DNA of 64,000 nucleotides, taken from the NCBI GenBank assembly GCA_950097015.1, contig CATNEN010000038.1, positions 248,001-312,000 of the forward strand. Reading direction: 5' to 3'. Below, in pieces: positions 47,681 through 62,069 of this stretch (positions are counted from its first letter, which is position 1; each line of letters opens with the position of its first letter). The notes beneath the pieces were generated by a model. The model was not told where the DNA came from. It made no database searches and worked only from the letters and a program-made list of their open reading frames with translations. A program made the position numbers and the translations under genes. Origin of the DNA: Macrostomum hystrix (Eukaryota > Animalia > Platyhelminthes).

Positions 47681-48052
47681 AAGTAGACTGAGAAGTAGAC
47701 TGAGAAGTAGACTGAGAAGTAGACAGAGAAGTAGACTGAGAAGTAGACAGAATAAGAATGTGCTGTAAGGAAAATAGCAAGAATTTAGAAGTAAAGAGGT
47801 GAAATTGAAAGTACAGAAGTAGAGAAGTATACTTCTGTTTGAGAGGAAAGGCGGAAGGCGGAAGTCTACTTCTCTGTCTACTTCTCTGTCTACTTCTTTC
47901 ACTCTATTTCTACTGCTCTACTTCTGTGTCTACTACCCTATATCTCTGTCTACTTTACTCTTTTCTGTGTTCTATTCTACTTTACAGTCTACTTCCCTGT
48001 CTACTTCTCTGTCTACTTCTCTGTTGTTTGTCTACTCTTCTGTCTACTTCTG
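47681..48052. repeat. fold-back 12-bp repeat: (AGAAGTAGACWG)n then (GTCTACTTCTCT)n
   Basis: The left and right arms are reverse complements, with palindrome AGAAGTATACTTCT at 47823-47836. Confidence 0.8.
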
Positions 48053-48673
48053 TTTTTCTCTTTTCATTTTTTCTTTGTTTTCTTTCAGTCTAGTAAAAGC
48101 AAACCCAGAAAAAAAGTAAGCGAATGAATAGTTCAGCAATTCACAAGCAGGCAAAGTGGCACGTGGCTCTGTTGAACTAAAGGATGCTTCACCGAGTCTG
48201 ATAAAACACTGATGAAAAATGAATCCAGATATTCGGCTGGCTACGAAGCCAAGCAAGATTTATTGACGGAACAAAGACTGTCGGCCCCACAAAGAACTAG
48301 GCGTGCCCCATCTTTCATTCCTCTGTGGGCCAGAGCACGATAACCATCTGCTTGACTGTATTAGCACAGTGTATGCTTTTTCATCTTGAAAAAATAAAAT
48401 ATCAGAAGAAAATGCAGTCGATTCTAATGAGGACAAACTTCTTATGGTGATGAAAGCGAGACAGAAACTTGCGCTTGACTTCAATGGATATTTGTTAGTC
48501 TAACAGTCTGCAAGGCAAACTTTATGCCAATAATGGGTCATTTATTCATGGCCTGTACCGAAAATTAGTCACTTTCGATTGGGAATCAAAACAGGAAACA
48601 AAGAGTGCAAGACCCGGTGGAACAAGAGTTGAAGTACGAGGTAACTCCTCTCCTCTCCCTCCTACGTTCTCTT

Positions 48674-49044
48674 GTCTCCTACCCTCTGCTCTACCCTCTG
48701 TCCTACCCTCTGCCCTACCCTCTGTCCTACCCTCTGCCCTACCCTCTGTCCTACCCTCTGTCCTACCCTCTGTCCTACCCTCTGCCCTACCCTCTGTCCT
48801 ACCCTCTGCCCTACCCTCTGTCCTACCCTCTGTCCTACCCTCTGTCCTACCCTCTGTCCTACCTCTGTCCTACCCTCTGTCCTACCCTCTGCCCTACCCT
48901 CTGTCCTATCCTCTATCCTACCCTCTGTCCTACCCTCTGCCCTACCCTCTGTCCTACCCTCTGTCCTACCCTCTGTCCTACCCTCTGTCCTACCCTCTGT
49001 CCTACCCTCTGTCCTACCCTCTGTCGTAACCCCTGTCGTACCCC
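48674..49044 (+). repeat. 12-bp minisatellite (CTACCCTCTGYC), ~30 copies
   Basis: Direct reading. Confidence 0.97.
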
Positions 49045-50539
49045 ACTTCCTTCTTTGCTACACTCACCCTAATTTTTATTTTGACGCATCGATTTCGAAA
49101 TAATTTTAAAATAGGAAAAAAATAATAGCCCTTTTCTTGCTATGCTACTGAATTTTTCGCAAAAAATTCCATGTAAGTAGTCTGTTCAGCGACTACTCAA
49201 AACCCTGCATTTTTTCTATGAAAAACTGAGCTCCACTCAATCAGTAATTTTTTAAATCAATTTTTGCGTCGGTACTACTTAAAGAGAACAGTTTTATAGA
49301 CTACTTTGCAAAGCCAATTTTAAACTGAAAAGAAATTGAACTCTTAAAATGATCATTTTTTACGTAAGGCCTTACACAATATAATTTCCGCAAAAAGTCT
49401 GTCAAAACACGATTTAATAAAGTAGAATTTTCGGCAAAAAAAACTCATGTTAAATGATTTTAGCATTAGAGTTTGAATGGCGTTTCCAAGACTTGAGACT
49501 TTCAGTCATTGATTGTTTCTTAGAATCTGAGTTTGTTGGAGACCTAAATGTCTGGATTTTTTTACACATAAAAAACTACGAGTAATCATCCTAGATTTAA
49601 ATCCAAGTTTCTTAGAACCATGGATCATTGAAACTAAGATTTCTAATTAGTAGAAGCAATTTTTCTAAGAATCAAATATCTAAGAACCTGGGTTTCTTAG
49701 AATCTGGGTTCCTTGGAATCATTGTTTCTTAAAACCATTTTTTAGAATAAACATTTAGTATAACTTAAATAAATTTAGTGTAAGAAAAATTTTCCTTAGA
49801 AGCAATTTTTTTCAGCATTAATGTTTTTATAGAATTCAGATTCTATACAATAACGAGTTTAAAAGAATTTCGGTTTTCAGAACCAAGCATTTTGAAATTT
49901 TAATTTGATTAAATTATGGATTCTAAGAATCGTTACCCCCAATAGCAGCAAATTTTCTTAGAATAAGGACTTTAAAATCTAGTTTTCTTCGAATAGGTAT
50001 TTTGATAAATGTCAAGTATCCGTGCGCATAATTTTTAACTAGCAGTCCCTGACTGATGATCCCAGTAGAGCGAGAACAATTTGGCTAGCCAGTGTGAGGC
50101 TAAGTGTTTTTGCCATTCGCAATTCTTTCAGGCATATTTATCTTGATGCCGCATTGTCTGTTAGTGTTTGCCTTGTGTGTCTCTCCATCAATTAGCTGCC
50201 TATTCGGCCGTCAGCCAGTCTGTCGCCCAGTTGATAATGATCTAAAGGTTTCATTATGCTGCATTTAAAATGCCAGCAGTGGCTATTATTGCTTTTTGTG
50301 TTCATACAAATGTGCCTCTTGTTGAGTTATCAGCCACTTTATGGTATCTGGGCACTTAAAATATAGTCTTAAATAATTATGACTAGTAGCCTAATTATTC
50401 GATAAATGATATGCTTTTAGGGATTTTTTGCAACGCCGTTTATACTGCGGCTGTTTTTTGAAAACGAAAAATCCACTTGGACTCAGCAGTGGCAAAGACT
50501 GGTGCGTTTTTACTGCGCTAGTCTGGCTTACAGTTCTTG

Positions 50540-51080
50540 CTTTCATTCTGCTTTCATTCTCCCTTCATTCTCACTTCCTACTCCCTTCATTCTCCCTTCA
50601 TTCTCTCTTCCTTCTCCATCGTTTTCCTTTCATTCTCCCTTCATTCTCCCTTCATTCTCCCTTCATTCTCCCTTTATTCTCCCTTTATTCTCCCTTCATT
50701 CTCCCTTCACTCTCCCTTCATTTTCCCTTCATTCTCCCTTCACTCTCCATCGTTTTCCTATCATTCTCCCTTTATTCTTCCTTCATTCTCTCTTCATTTT
50801 CCCTTCATTCTCCCTTCACTCTCCCTTCATTCTCCCTTCATTCTCCCTTCATTCTCCATCGTTTTCCTTTCATTCTCCCTTTATTCTTCCTTCATTCTCT
50901 ATTCATTTTCCCTTCATTCTCCCTTCACTCTCCCTTTATTCTCCCTTCATTCTCCCTTCATTCTCCCTTCACTCTCCCTTCATTCTCCCTTCATTCTCCC
51001 TTCATTCTCCATCGTTTTCCCTTCATTCTCACTTCATTCTTGCTACATTTTCCTAAATTTTCCCTTTATTCTCCCCTCAT
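50540..51080 (+). repeat. 11-bp minisatellite (CATTCTCCCTT), same family as 21570-22422
   Basis: Direct reading. Confidence 0.93.
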
Positions 51081-51445
51081 TGTGCCCGTTCACTTTTTCT
51101 CCAACCAGCATCGCCAGCAGCATGGTTGGGTCGAAACAAGACATCGCTTCACTTAAAAATCATTCCGGCCTGCATATGAATGCTTCATTTCAACCAACTG
51201 GTTGCTGAATGGCTGCAGAAATTGCATCGCGAGGACTGGCGCAGGCGGCAGGCTCGGGCGGCTGACTGAACATGCGCGCCGAATTTAAACAAATTTACTT
51301 ATCGGGAAAGACAGCGTGCGTTGGATGAAAAAATTACTGACTGACCTACATGTATACAAATAGCATTGGCCTTTTAAAGTGGCTTTTCAAACCATCTACT
51401 CTAGAGTTTGTACTTTTGAATGAAGGAAATCACATTTAGCCACAA

Positions 51446-52002
51446 ACTGAAGGACGGTGTGTCATCAGGACTGAAGGACAGTGTGTGATCAGGACTGAAA
51501 GACAGTGTGTGATCAGGACTGAAGGACAGTGTGTGATCAGGACTGAAGGACAGTGTGTGATCAAGACTGAAGGACAGTGTGTGATCAAGACTGAAGGACA
51601 GTGTGTGATCAGGACTGAAGGACAGTGTGTGATCAGGACTGAAGGACAGTGTGTGATCAGGACTGAAGGACAGTGTGTGATCAGGACTGAAGGACAGTGT
51701 GTGATCAGGACTGAAGGACAGTGTGTGATCAGGACTGAAGGACAGTGTGTGATCAGGACTGAAGGACAGTGTGTGATCAGGACTGAAGGACAGTGTGTGA
51801 TCAGGACTGAAGGACAGTGTGTGATCAGGACTGAAGGACAGTGTGTGATCAGGACTGAAGGACAGTGTGTGATCAGGACTGAAGGACAGTGTGTGATCAG
51901 GACTGAAGGACAGTGTGTCATCAGGACTGAAGGACAGTGTGTCATCAGGACTGAAGGACAGTGTGTGATCAGGACTGAAGGACAGTGTGTCATCAGGACT
52001 GA
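51446..52002 (+). repeat. 24-bp minisatellite (ACTGAAGGACAGTGTGTGATCAGG), ~23 copies
   Basis: Direct reading. Confidence 0.97.
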
Positions 52003-53584
52003 TGTTGAGTATACGAAAAGGATGGTGAGTTAAGCAGGTTTTGTGAGACAAACAATGTGCAGAATATTGTCCAAAAGATGGGCAAAAGCTTCAAAGAAAA
52101 CGTTGATTACTATCAAGCAGTTTTTTGTGTCAAAAATCATGTTGCGTGTTGCCTTTGCCGAAAATCACTGAAGCATGTGGCCAATAATGTAATTCAATCT
52201 GTAACAGTTGTCAAAAGGCTTTTGAGTACGGATTGATTGAGTTGAGAAGTGTGGGCAGGTGCACTGAAGTGACATAGAGATGATCACAAGAAAATCCTCA
52301 CCATCCTTCCCGCAATGTGATTCTTTTCGTGTCAGTGAAACAATGTTGACCTCAGTAAAGAGCGTCTGGTCCAACAAAATATACTGACTTTTTATTGATG
52401 TGCGCAATCAACGTTCACTGGAAACCAAAGTCACTTAATCGTCGATGCGTTTCTTTTGAACATCTTGAGTCCTTTTTGTTTCTGAGATTTCAAAAGGTTT
52501 TTGTTGCCTTTTTGACAACAGTCGTGGCAGTTTCTGAGAGATTCAGAAAGCTGCGGGTTCTTGGAAATGTTAACAGCAGAAAGGCCACCACTCCCCCCCT
52601 GGGGAAGGACCACGGGCAAATACCCGCTGCCTGCTTCACGATCGCTCCCGATAATGACCGATTTTCGGGAAAATCCCACATTCTGGATCATAACTTTTTG
52701 CCCTTTACGAACTTTCAAAGCCTTCCGACGTCAGCATCGTCGAGACATTCAGCGATTTCTCGAATACCCTGGCGACAATGACAAGTAACTGCCTGTAGCT
52801 CTGATAGCAAAATCAGTACAAAATTGCCAACAGCAACAGCCGACATGGTTACAATTCTGAGCAGAAAAAAAATGTTTTTACGAGGCCAACGAGGCCGATG
52901 ATTCGTGATTCTGGAAGTTTTATCATGGGTTCTGCATTTTCATGGCGATCGGTTGAATGTTTTAAAAGATATAGAAAAAATGTTGCCTATTTGAAATACC
53001 GCCCCGTGTTCCTTCTACCGTTAAAGGACTGCAGAAAGTTTGTTGCTTCCAGAAACAATCAGGCTTTCAGATAATTTCGAGTCTCATTTGTCTGATAGAA
53101 AACTATAAAATAAATTGAATATTAGTATGACAGTATATGCTACACATGTCAATAATGTTGCCCAACTTAGGATATGCTATTAATGGCCGTTGCTTTAGCC
53201 TTAGCAACAAATGTCACATTGTCAATAAGGTCTCTCTGTAACTTGCCCTCAGCGAGGTTGAGCACATTTCCTGTGTCTTGCCCTACCAGCTGTTGAGAAA
53301 GTTTTGTAAGTCTTGAGTCCAAGTAGTTACACATTTTTTGGGGCGGAGAGGCGGAAGGGCTGAAAGGCGAAATTGGTGACGCAGCTTATTTTGTTCCACC
53401 AATTCAAATATGAGTCCTGCGTGCCATAGATTGCTACAGGAATTGATGAGTCATTCGTACTCTTGAGCAGCTCTGTGTAGTAGTGAAACTATTGTTCAAT
53501 TATTTGATTCGTGTACTCTGATTACCGAGTCAGCTTTTGGGTCAGAATGAGTGTTTAGTGTCAGATTATTTTGTGTTAGGATGA

Positions 53585-54156
53585 GCTGTGTCGGAATAAA
53601 TTGTGTCAGAATAAATCATGTCAGAATCGTATATGGCAGAAAAAGTTGTCAGAATAAGTTGTGTCAGAAAAATTTGAGTCAGAATAATTTGTCAGAATAA
53701 TTTGTATCAGAATAAATTGTGTCAGAATAATTTGTCAGAATAATTTGTATCAGAATAAATTGTGTCAGAATAATTTGTGTCAGAATAATCTGTCAGAATA
53801 ATTTGTGCCAGAATAATTTGTGTCAGAATAAATTGTGTCAGAATAATTTGTGTCAGAATAATCTGTCAGAATAATTTGTGCCAGAAAAAATTTTTGTCAG
53901 AAAAATTTGTGTCAGAATAAGTTGAGTCAGAAAAAATTGTGTCAGAATAAGTTGAGTCAGAAAAATTTGTGTCAGAAAAATTTGTGTCAGAAAAATTTGT
54001 GTCAGAATAATTTGTGTCAGAATAATTTGTGTCAGATAAATTTGTGTCAGAATAATTCGTGTCAGAATAATTCGTGTCAGAATAATTTGTGTCAGAATAA
54101 TTTGTGTCAGAATAATTCGTGTCAGAATAATTCGTGTCAGAATAATTTGCCAGAAT
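53585..54156 (+). repeat. 15-bp minisatellite (TGTCAGAATAATTTG)
   Basis: Direct reading. Degenerate left edge. Confidence 0.95.
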
Positions 54157-54514
54157 ACTATTTAGAAAGCGTAAAAACACAAAATTTACAAAGCTGAGAT
54201 TTGCCAGATCAGAGCTTATTCAATTTATCGTCGGTTAAGGATTAATGATTAGCAATCAGCAAATGCTTTTCGTTTCTGTGGACGGATGGGCTAGGATTTG
54301 TGAAGAAAATATTGCTCAGCTGCAGATGGAAATAATGAGAGACTGGCACAGAGGAGGGATGTCAGGCGGGCTGGTTATATTTCAAGCTAATTTTTTTCGA
54401 CTTTGTTGCCGGCTATTAAAGCGAGCTGGGGCCACACTGTGCGGACTTTTCTCACGATATTACTTAGCCTGCTCAGGGTCTCTAAATCCGAGTCATCTCA
54501 TGTCGTTCTGATCA

Positions 54515-55948
54515 ACATCTCATCTCCCTCTTATCTCCCACTTCTCTGTCACACCTCCCTCTCATACTCTTCTCATCCCACCTCTTATCTCCCACTTCTC
54601 TGTCACACCTCCCTCTCATACTCTTCTCAACCCACCTCTTATCTCCCAATCTCATCCCACCCTCTCATCTCACCCTCTCGTCTCACCCTCTCATCTCACC
54701 ATTTCATCTCATCCTCTCATCCCACCCTCTCATCTCACCCTCTCATCTCACCCTCTCATCTCCCAATCTCATCTCACCCTCTCATCTCCCAATCTCATCT
54801 CACCCTCTCATCCCACCCTCTCATTTCACCCTCTCATCTCACCCTCTCATCCCACCCTCTCATCTCACCCTCTCATCTCACCCTCTCATCTCCCAATCTC
54901 ATCTCACCCTCTCATCTCCCAATCTCATCTCACCCTCTCATCTCGTAAATCTCATCTCACCCTCTCATCTCCCAATCTCATCTCACCCTCTCATCTCCCA
55001 ATCTCATCTCACCCTCTCATCCCACCCTCTCATCTCACCCTCTCATCTCACCCTCTCATCTCCCAATCTCATCTCACCCTCTCATATCATCCTTTCATCT
55101 AACCCTCTCATCCCACCTTCCCATCTCATCCTCTCATCTCACCCTTTTATCTCATCCTCTCATCTAACCCTCTCATCCCACCCTCTCATCTCACCCTCTC
55201 ATCTCACCATTTCATCTCATCCTCTCATCCCACCCTCTCATCTCACCCTCTCATCTCACCCTCTCATCTCCCAATCTCATCTCACCCTCTCATCCCACCC
55301 TCTCATCTCACCCTCTCATCTCACCCTCTCATCTCCCAATCTCATCTCACCCTCTCATCTCCCAATCTCATCTCACCCTCTCATCCCACCCTCTCATCTC
55401 ACCCTCTCATCTCACCCTCTCATCTCACCCTCTCGTCTCACCCTCTCATCTACCAATCTCATCTCACCCTCTCACCTCACCCTCTCATCTCACCCTCTCA
55501 TCTCACCCTCTCATCTCACCCTCTCATCTCAACCTCTCATCTCCCCCTCTCATCTCACCCTCTCATCTAACCCTCTCATCCCACCCTCTCATCCCACCCT
55601 CTCATCTCACCCTCTCATCTCACCATTTCAACTCATCCTCTCATCCCACCCTCTCATCTCACCCTCTCATCTCCCCCTCTCATCTCACCCTCTCATCTTA
55701 TCCTTTCATCTAAGCCTCTCATCCCACCCTCTCATCTCACCCTCTCATCTACCAATCTCATCTCAACCTCTCACCTCACCCTCTCATCTCACCCTCTCAT
55801 CTCACCCTCTCATCTCACCCTCTCATCTCACCCTTTCATCTCATCCTCTCATCCCACCCTCTCATCTCACCCTCTCATCTCACCCTCTCATCCCACCCTC
55901 TCATCTCACCCTCTCACCTAACCCTCTCATCCCACCCTCTCATCCTCT
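54515..55948 (+). repeat. ~13-bp pyrimidine-rich minisatellite (CTCATCTCACCCT)
   Basis: Direct reading. Confidence 0.95.
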
Positions 55949-57135
55949 TATTTCCCGTTCATATCCAATTTATCTCCATCCCAAAGGACTTTACTAATTT
56001 CGCAGCCAAAATTGTATTTCTGTATTCACACAAAAACTGGCATTTTCAGTCGAACAGTTGACATTCTAAGCTGTCATTCACTTGCTTTGCCTCGCGACCC
56101 GGTTGTCATGCCAGAAAAATACCAGGCAACAGTTTGTAAATTTTCCCAATGGCGATATAACGGGGGGGCCCGCGTTGTGAAGAGATGCATTTTTTCGAGA
56201 CAATTCCACTCTCATTGTTTCAAAATCCATCAGCATTATGAATCTCGGTACCAAGCCAAAATCATTTTTTTCTGCTAACAAAAACTGCCACATACTCCGG
56301 GAGAGTAATCTACGGAAGCAGCAAAATGTACTCACTGATGTGACTGCCATAGTCAGAGGAGAAACTGCCAGTAGATTCAGCAGCTGAGATTTGACCTGAT
56401 TCGAAGCAAATTAATAGCCAAATTATGATTTCTGCTACCAAGGCCGGCATTGTATTGTTGAATCACTTTCTAATCATTTAAAAATAGCTAAAAACGACAC
56501 AAACAACAGCTTCATGTCTAGTTCGTCAAACAGTCAGCCAGTAAAAGGTGATGTGATAAATTTCAGCCGTGTTCAGTTTAAAGCACCGCTTGTCAAAATG
56601 ATTTCCTGCTAGCCAATAAGATTTCGGCTTGGTTTTAGGCGAATGTTCATTTTTTAAGAGACACGCGCCAGCCAATGGCGTGCGTCCTCGCTAGCCACAC
56701 GGGTTTTGTCACCGTAGAAAGCTTAGCAATGAAATCGGCCTGTCTTATTGAAGACGATTAGTTTAATGATGAACACTCGAGTTTCTAAATATACTCGAAC
56801 AATTTTATTGCAAGCACACACAATAAATAAATGGTTACATTGTAAATTTTCTACAATAACTTTCAGACAATCTTTAGCAAGCAAAAGGACTGCCTTTTAT
56901 CTGGCTGCACTACCCTTTGTTGAAAGCAAATTTGCTAACTCGTGAGAGTGAAGTTGTAAAACTCAGGTGCCATTGTTCTACCCCAACTCACTATCTTGTC
57001 TGTTCTCAATTATGTATAAGCAACACAGCCAATCTTATTCTATGTGGATAAACATTTAGTGTTCTGCATTATTGAAAGCATATTTGCCTGGGAAAACATT
57101 TTGTTTGCAAGATAATACCCATTTGATAGCTTTCC

Positions 57136-57358
57136 GTCCCTGACCCCCGGTCCCTGACCCCCGGTCCCTGACCCTCGGTCCCTGACCCCCGGTCCCTGAC
57201 CCACGGTCCCTGACCCCCCGGTCCCTGACCCGCGGTCCCTGACCCCCGGTCCCTGACCCCCGGTCCCTGACCCCCGGTCCCTGACCCCCGGTCCCTGACC
57301 CCAGGTCCCTGACCCCCGGTCCCTGACCCCCGGTCCCTGACCCCCGGTCCCTGACCCC
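57136..57358 (+). repeat. 14-bp minisatellite (TCCCTGACCCCCGG), ~16 copies
   Basis: Direct reading. Confidence 0.97.
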
Positions 57359-57884
57359 GCCCATGAAGAAAGCTTTTAAAAGCAATTATTCGGCCATTGC
57401 TGTCACTCGTTGAGCACTAATGTTAGCTGCTTGTATTTTGTATCAAAGACCGTCTGCTTATCTTTTGTGATTTTGCTATTAAAAATTGCAAAACACAAAA
57501 GCCTGTGCGTGTTGCTTGTTTCTCATAACTGAAACAAAAAGAGTTCTGCATCAGTTTTCCCATTTTACCTTGCGAATGCACAGATCGAGGCACGACAGAT
57601 GAATCTGGGATAAAAGGTGGGGGGTTAAGAAAATAAGGACTGATGGATTAAAAGATGAAGGGAGCTGTGAAGATGGAATTTAGGCTGGGGGAGACGATAA
57701 TGGCCTGCGCAGGTCAGGGCGCGTGTGAGTCCTCTGAGCAGCTAGCTAAGCAACATGAGTTCAGTCCATCAATGCTCGCGTGCCACTTATCTGCTCCAGT
57801 TACTGAAGGTTTGGCAAACCCGGCCAGCCCACTGGATACATTGGCTCACATCGCTCCTAATCCTGGACCCTGACGACACATTAT

Positions 57885-58890
57885 CTTCTCTCCCCTGTCT
57901 CATCTCCCCCCGTCTCATTTCTACACCCGTCTCATCTCTCCCCTGCCTAAACTCTCCCCCGTCTCATCTCTCCCGTGTCTCATCTTTCCCGTGTCTCATC
58001 TTTCCCGTGTCTCATCTCTTGCCTGTCTTATCTCTCCCATGTCTTATCTCTCCCCTGTCTCATCTCTCCCGTGTCTCATCTCTCCCGTGTCTCATCTCTC
58101 CCTTGTCTCATATTTCCCGTGTCTCATCTTTCCCTGTCTCATCTCTTGCCTGTCTTATCTCTCCCATGTCTTATCTCTCCCCTGTCTCATCTCTCCCGTG
58201 TCTCATCTCTCCCGTGTCTCATCTCTCCCTTGACTCATCTTTCCCGTGTCTCATCTTTCGTGTGTCTCATCTCTTGCCTGTCTTATCTCTCCCATGTCTC
58301 ATCTCTCCCGTGTCTCATCTCTTGCCTGTCTTATCTCTCCCATGTCTCATCTCTCCCGTGTCTCATCTCTTGCCTGTCTCATCTCTCCCGTGTCTCATCT
58401 TTCCCGTGTCTCATCTCTTGCCTGTCTTATCTCTCCCCTGTCTTATCTCTCCCCTGTCTCATCTCTCCCGTGTCTCATCTCTCCCGTGTCTCATCTCTCC
58501 CTTGTCTCATATTTCCCGTGTCTCATCTTTCCCGTGTCTCATCTCTTGCCTGTCTCATCTCTCCCGTGTCTCATCTCTCCCGTGTCTCATCTCTCCCGTG
58601 TCTCATCTCTTGCCTGTCTCATCTCTCCCGTGTCTCATCTTTCCCGTGTCTCATCTCTTGCCTGTCTTATCTCTCCCCTGTCTTATCTCTCCCCTGTCTC
58701 ATCTCTCCCGTGTCTCATCTCTCCCGTGTCTCATCTCTCCCGTGTCTCATCTCTCCCTTGTCTCATATTTCCCGTGTCTCATCTTTCCCGTGTCTCATCT
58801 CTTGCCTGTCTCATCTCTCCCGTATCTCATCTCTCCCCTGCTTAAACTCTCCCCTCTCTTATCTCTCCCCTGTCTTTTTCATCTCCCGTT
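57885..58890 (+). repeat. 16-bp minisatellite (TGTCTCATCTCTCCCG)
   Basis: Direct reading. Confidence 0.96.
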
Positions 58891-59515
58891 TCATCACTCC
58901 AGTGTTTCATCTACCCTGTCTCAATATGCACCATACTATCATTTAATTAAACAATAACAATGGGTTATTCAATGCTTCATTCACACACCTGTCTCTCTCT
59001 TACAAATGCTTTTACAATGGCAGACAAAATACAGTCGGCTCAAGCCTATTAAATTTATTTGTTAGCAAAATTCAGCGAAGCATGAAATAATTGACTCGAA
59101 ATACTAAATTAATACTAGTCAAGAAAGTCCTGTGTCCGTCAGCTGCAACTGCAGCTGCACTGGTGACCGCTGTTATGCTGCTTCGTATTATTCAACATGA
59201 GAACCTCGCATGTTCTGCTGGTTATTATTGAATCATGCGCCTCATTGATTTACGCATAAATCATAATGCGACCTTCTGGTTGGACAATGAACAAAAGCAA
59301 CACGCGTGTGGCGTCAGTTAAAAATGCTCTAGATTGTTATCTTTAGCTGCGTCGATTCAATGGGCAGGTTTTGACTTTAGAAATCATTTTAAATAAGCTT
59401 ACGAAAACACTGATTAACTATTGACCTATTTATGATCACAGTTTGAGATTTAGGAAAAATTATCAGCTTTTTAATCTACTCGTAATAGAATATTTTTGAC
59501 GTGCAGACAAAGTAT

Positions 59516-61491
59516 AGACAGACCCAGGACAGGCAGACACAGGACAGGCAGACACAGGACAGGCAGACACAGGACTGACAGACACAGGACAGACAGACAC
59601 AGGACAGGCAGACACAGGACAGGCAGACACAGGACAGGCAGACACAGGACAGGCAGACACAGGACAGGCAGACACAGGACAGGCAGACACAGGACAGGCA
59701 GACACAGGACTGACAGACACAGGACAGGCAGACACAGGACTGACAGACACAGGACTGACAGACACAGGACAGGCAGACACAGGACTGACAGACACAGGAC
59801 TGACAGACACAGGACAGGCAGACACAGGACTGACAGACACAGGACTGACAGACACAGGACAGGCAGACACAGGACTGACAGACACAGGACAGACAGACAC
59901 AGGACAGGCAGACACAGGACAGGCAGACACAGGACTGACAGACACAGGACAGGCAGACACAGGACTGACAGACACAGGACAGGCAGACACAGGACAGGCA
60001 GACACAGGACAGACAGACACAGGACAGGCAGACACAGGACAGGCAGCCACAGGACAGACAGACACAGGACAGGCAGACACAGGACAGGCAGACACAGGAC
60101 AGGCAGACACAGGACAGGCAGACACAGGACAGACAGACACAGGACAGGCAGACACAGGACAGACAGACACAGGACTGACAGACACAGGACAGGCAGACAC
60201 AGGACAGACAGACACAGGACAGGCAGACACAGGACAGGCAGACACAGGACTGACAGACACAGGACAGACAGACACAGGACAGGCAGACACAGGACAGGCA
60301 GACACAGGACAGGCAGACACAGGACAGGCAGACACAGGACAGGCAGACACAGGACAGGCAGACACAGGACTGACAGACACAGGACAGGCAGACACAGGAC
60401 TGACAGACACAGGACTGACAGACACAGGACAGGCAGACACAGGACTGACAGACACAGGACAGGCAGACACAGGACTGACAGACACAGGACTGACAGACAC
60501 AGGACAGGCAGACACAGGACAGGCAGTTACAGGACAGACAGACACAGGACAGGCAGACACAGGACAGGCAGACACAGGACTGACAGACACAGGACAGGCA
60601 GACACAGGACTGACAGACACAGGACAGGCAGACACAGGACAGGCAGTTACAGGACAGACAGACACAGGACAGGCAGACACAGGACAGGCAGACACAGGAC
60701 TGACAGACACAGGACAGGCAGACACAGGACTGACAGACACAGGACAGGCAGACACAGGACAGGCAGACACAGGACAGACAGACACAGGACAGGCAGACAC
60801 AGGACAGGCAGCCACAGGACAGACAGACACAGGACAGGCAGACACAGGACAGGCAGACACAGGACAGGCAGACACAGGACAGGCAGACACAGGACAGACA
60901 GACACAGGACAGGCAGACACAGGACAGACAGACACAGGACTGACAGACACAGGACAGGCAGACACAGGACTGACAGACACAGGACTGACAGACACAGGAC
61001 AGGCAGACACAGGACAGACAGACACAGGACAGGCAGACACAGGACAGGCAGACACAGGACAGGCAGACACAGGACAGGCAGACACAGGACAGGCAGACAC
61101 AGGACAGGCAGACACAGGACTGACAGACACAGGACAGGCAGACACAGGACTGACAGACACAGGACTGACAGACACAGGACAGGCAGACACAGGACTGACA
61201 GACACAGGACTGACAGACACAGGACAGGCAGACACAGGACTGACAGACACAGGACAGGCAGACACAGGACAGGCAGACACAGGACAGGCAGACACAGGAC
61301 TGACAGACACAGGACAGGCAGACACAGGACAGGCAGACACAGGACAGGCAGACACAGGACTGACAGACACAGGACAGGCAGACACAGGACAGGCAGACAC
61401 AGGACAGGCAGACACAGGACAGACAGACACAGGACAGGCAGACACAGGACAGACAGACACAGGACAGACAGACACAGGACTGACAGACACA
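59516..61491 (+). repeat. 15-bp satellite (GACACAGGAC plus AGGCA/TGACA/AGACA), ~131 units, indel-free
   Basis: Phase is constant over ~2 kb. Confidence 0.98.
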
Positions 61492-62069
61492 GAGCTCGGG
61501 AGTCAGGTGCTGGTCCGCCCGGATCTCCTGCCAAGCGGCAGTCGCTCATGATTCATCGACCTGCTGTCCTCAGCAGGATCAGCAAAATCATTTTCAGCCG
61601 CATTGGCAGGGTCCAGGGTGGGATTAACGTCTTGATCCGGGTTCGCAGGATTATGCTTCAGTTGCTGCGCTTTCCCCTTCCCATCCTCTAGAGGCTGCAT
61701 TCTGGGATTAAACGTTGCTGAGTGATCCCAAGTCCCGCATGGCAACAAAAACTATGATTTCCTTTCTTGCGTTCATGGACAGAATATGCCAATTTTTTCT
61801 TAGCTTATTCAAATTAGGAGACAAAAATGGCGGCATACAGGAGGACCCACTTAGAGGTCGGCGGAGAAGATCAGGCCACGGAAGAATTCTGGCCAAGCTC
61901 AGGTCCCATTCTGGCCAGGGTGTGTTTCTTAGAAACCGCCTTGGTTTCCAAAGTTTAAACTGTGGAGCTCAGGAACTTGAAAATATCTAAAACTTTCTAA
62001 GAAAATTGATTGATTCGCAAGGCGCAACTCACTAACCAAAATAAGCAGAAAATCGGTCCAACATTCTGA

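Noticed and set aside
52165-52850. Cluster of short overlapping ORFs as a gene or transposase
   Set aside because: No recognisable domain, frequent stops in all frames and no consistent splice structure.
59463-61691. 675-aa Cys-rich and 731-aa Arg/His-rich ORFs
   Set aside because: 15-bp satellite open on both strands. No evidence of coding beyond the lack of stops.
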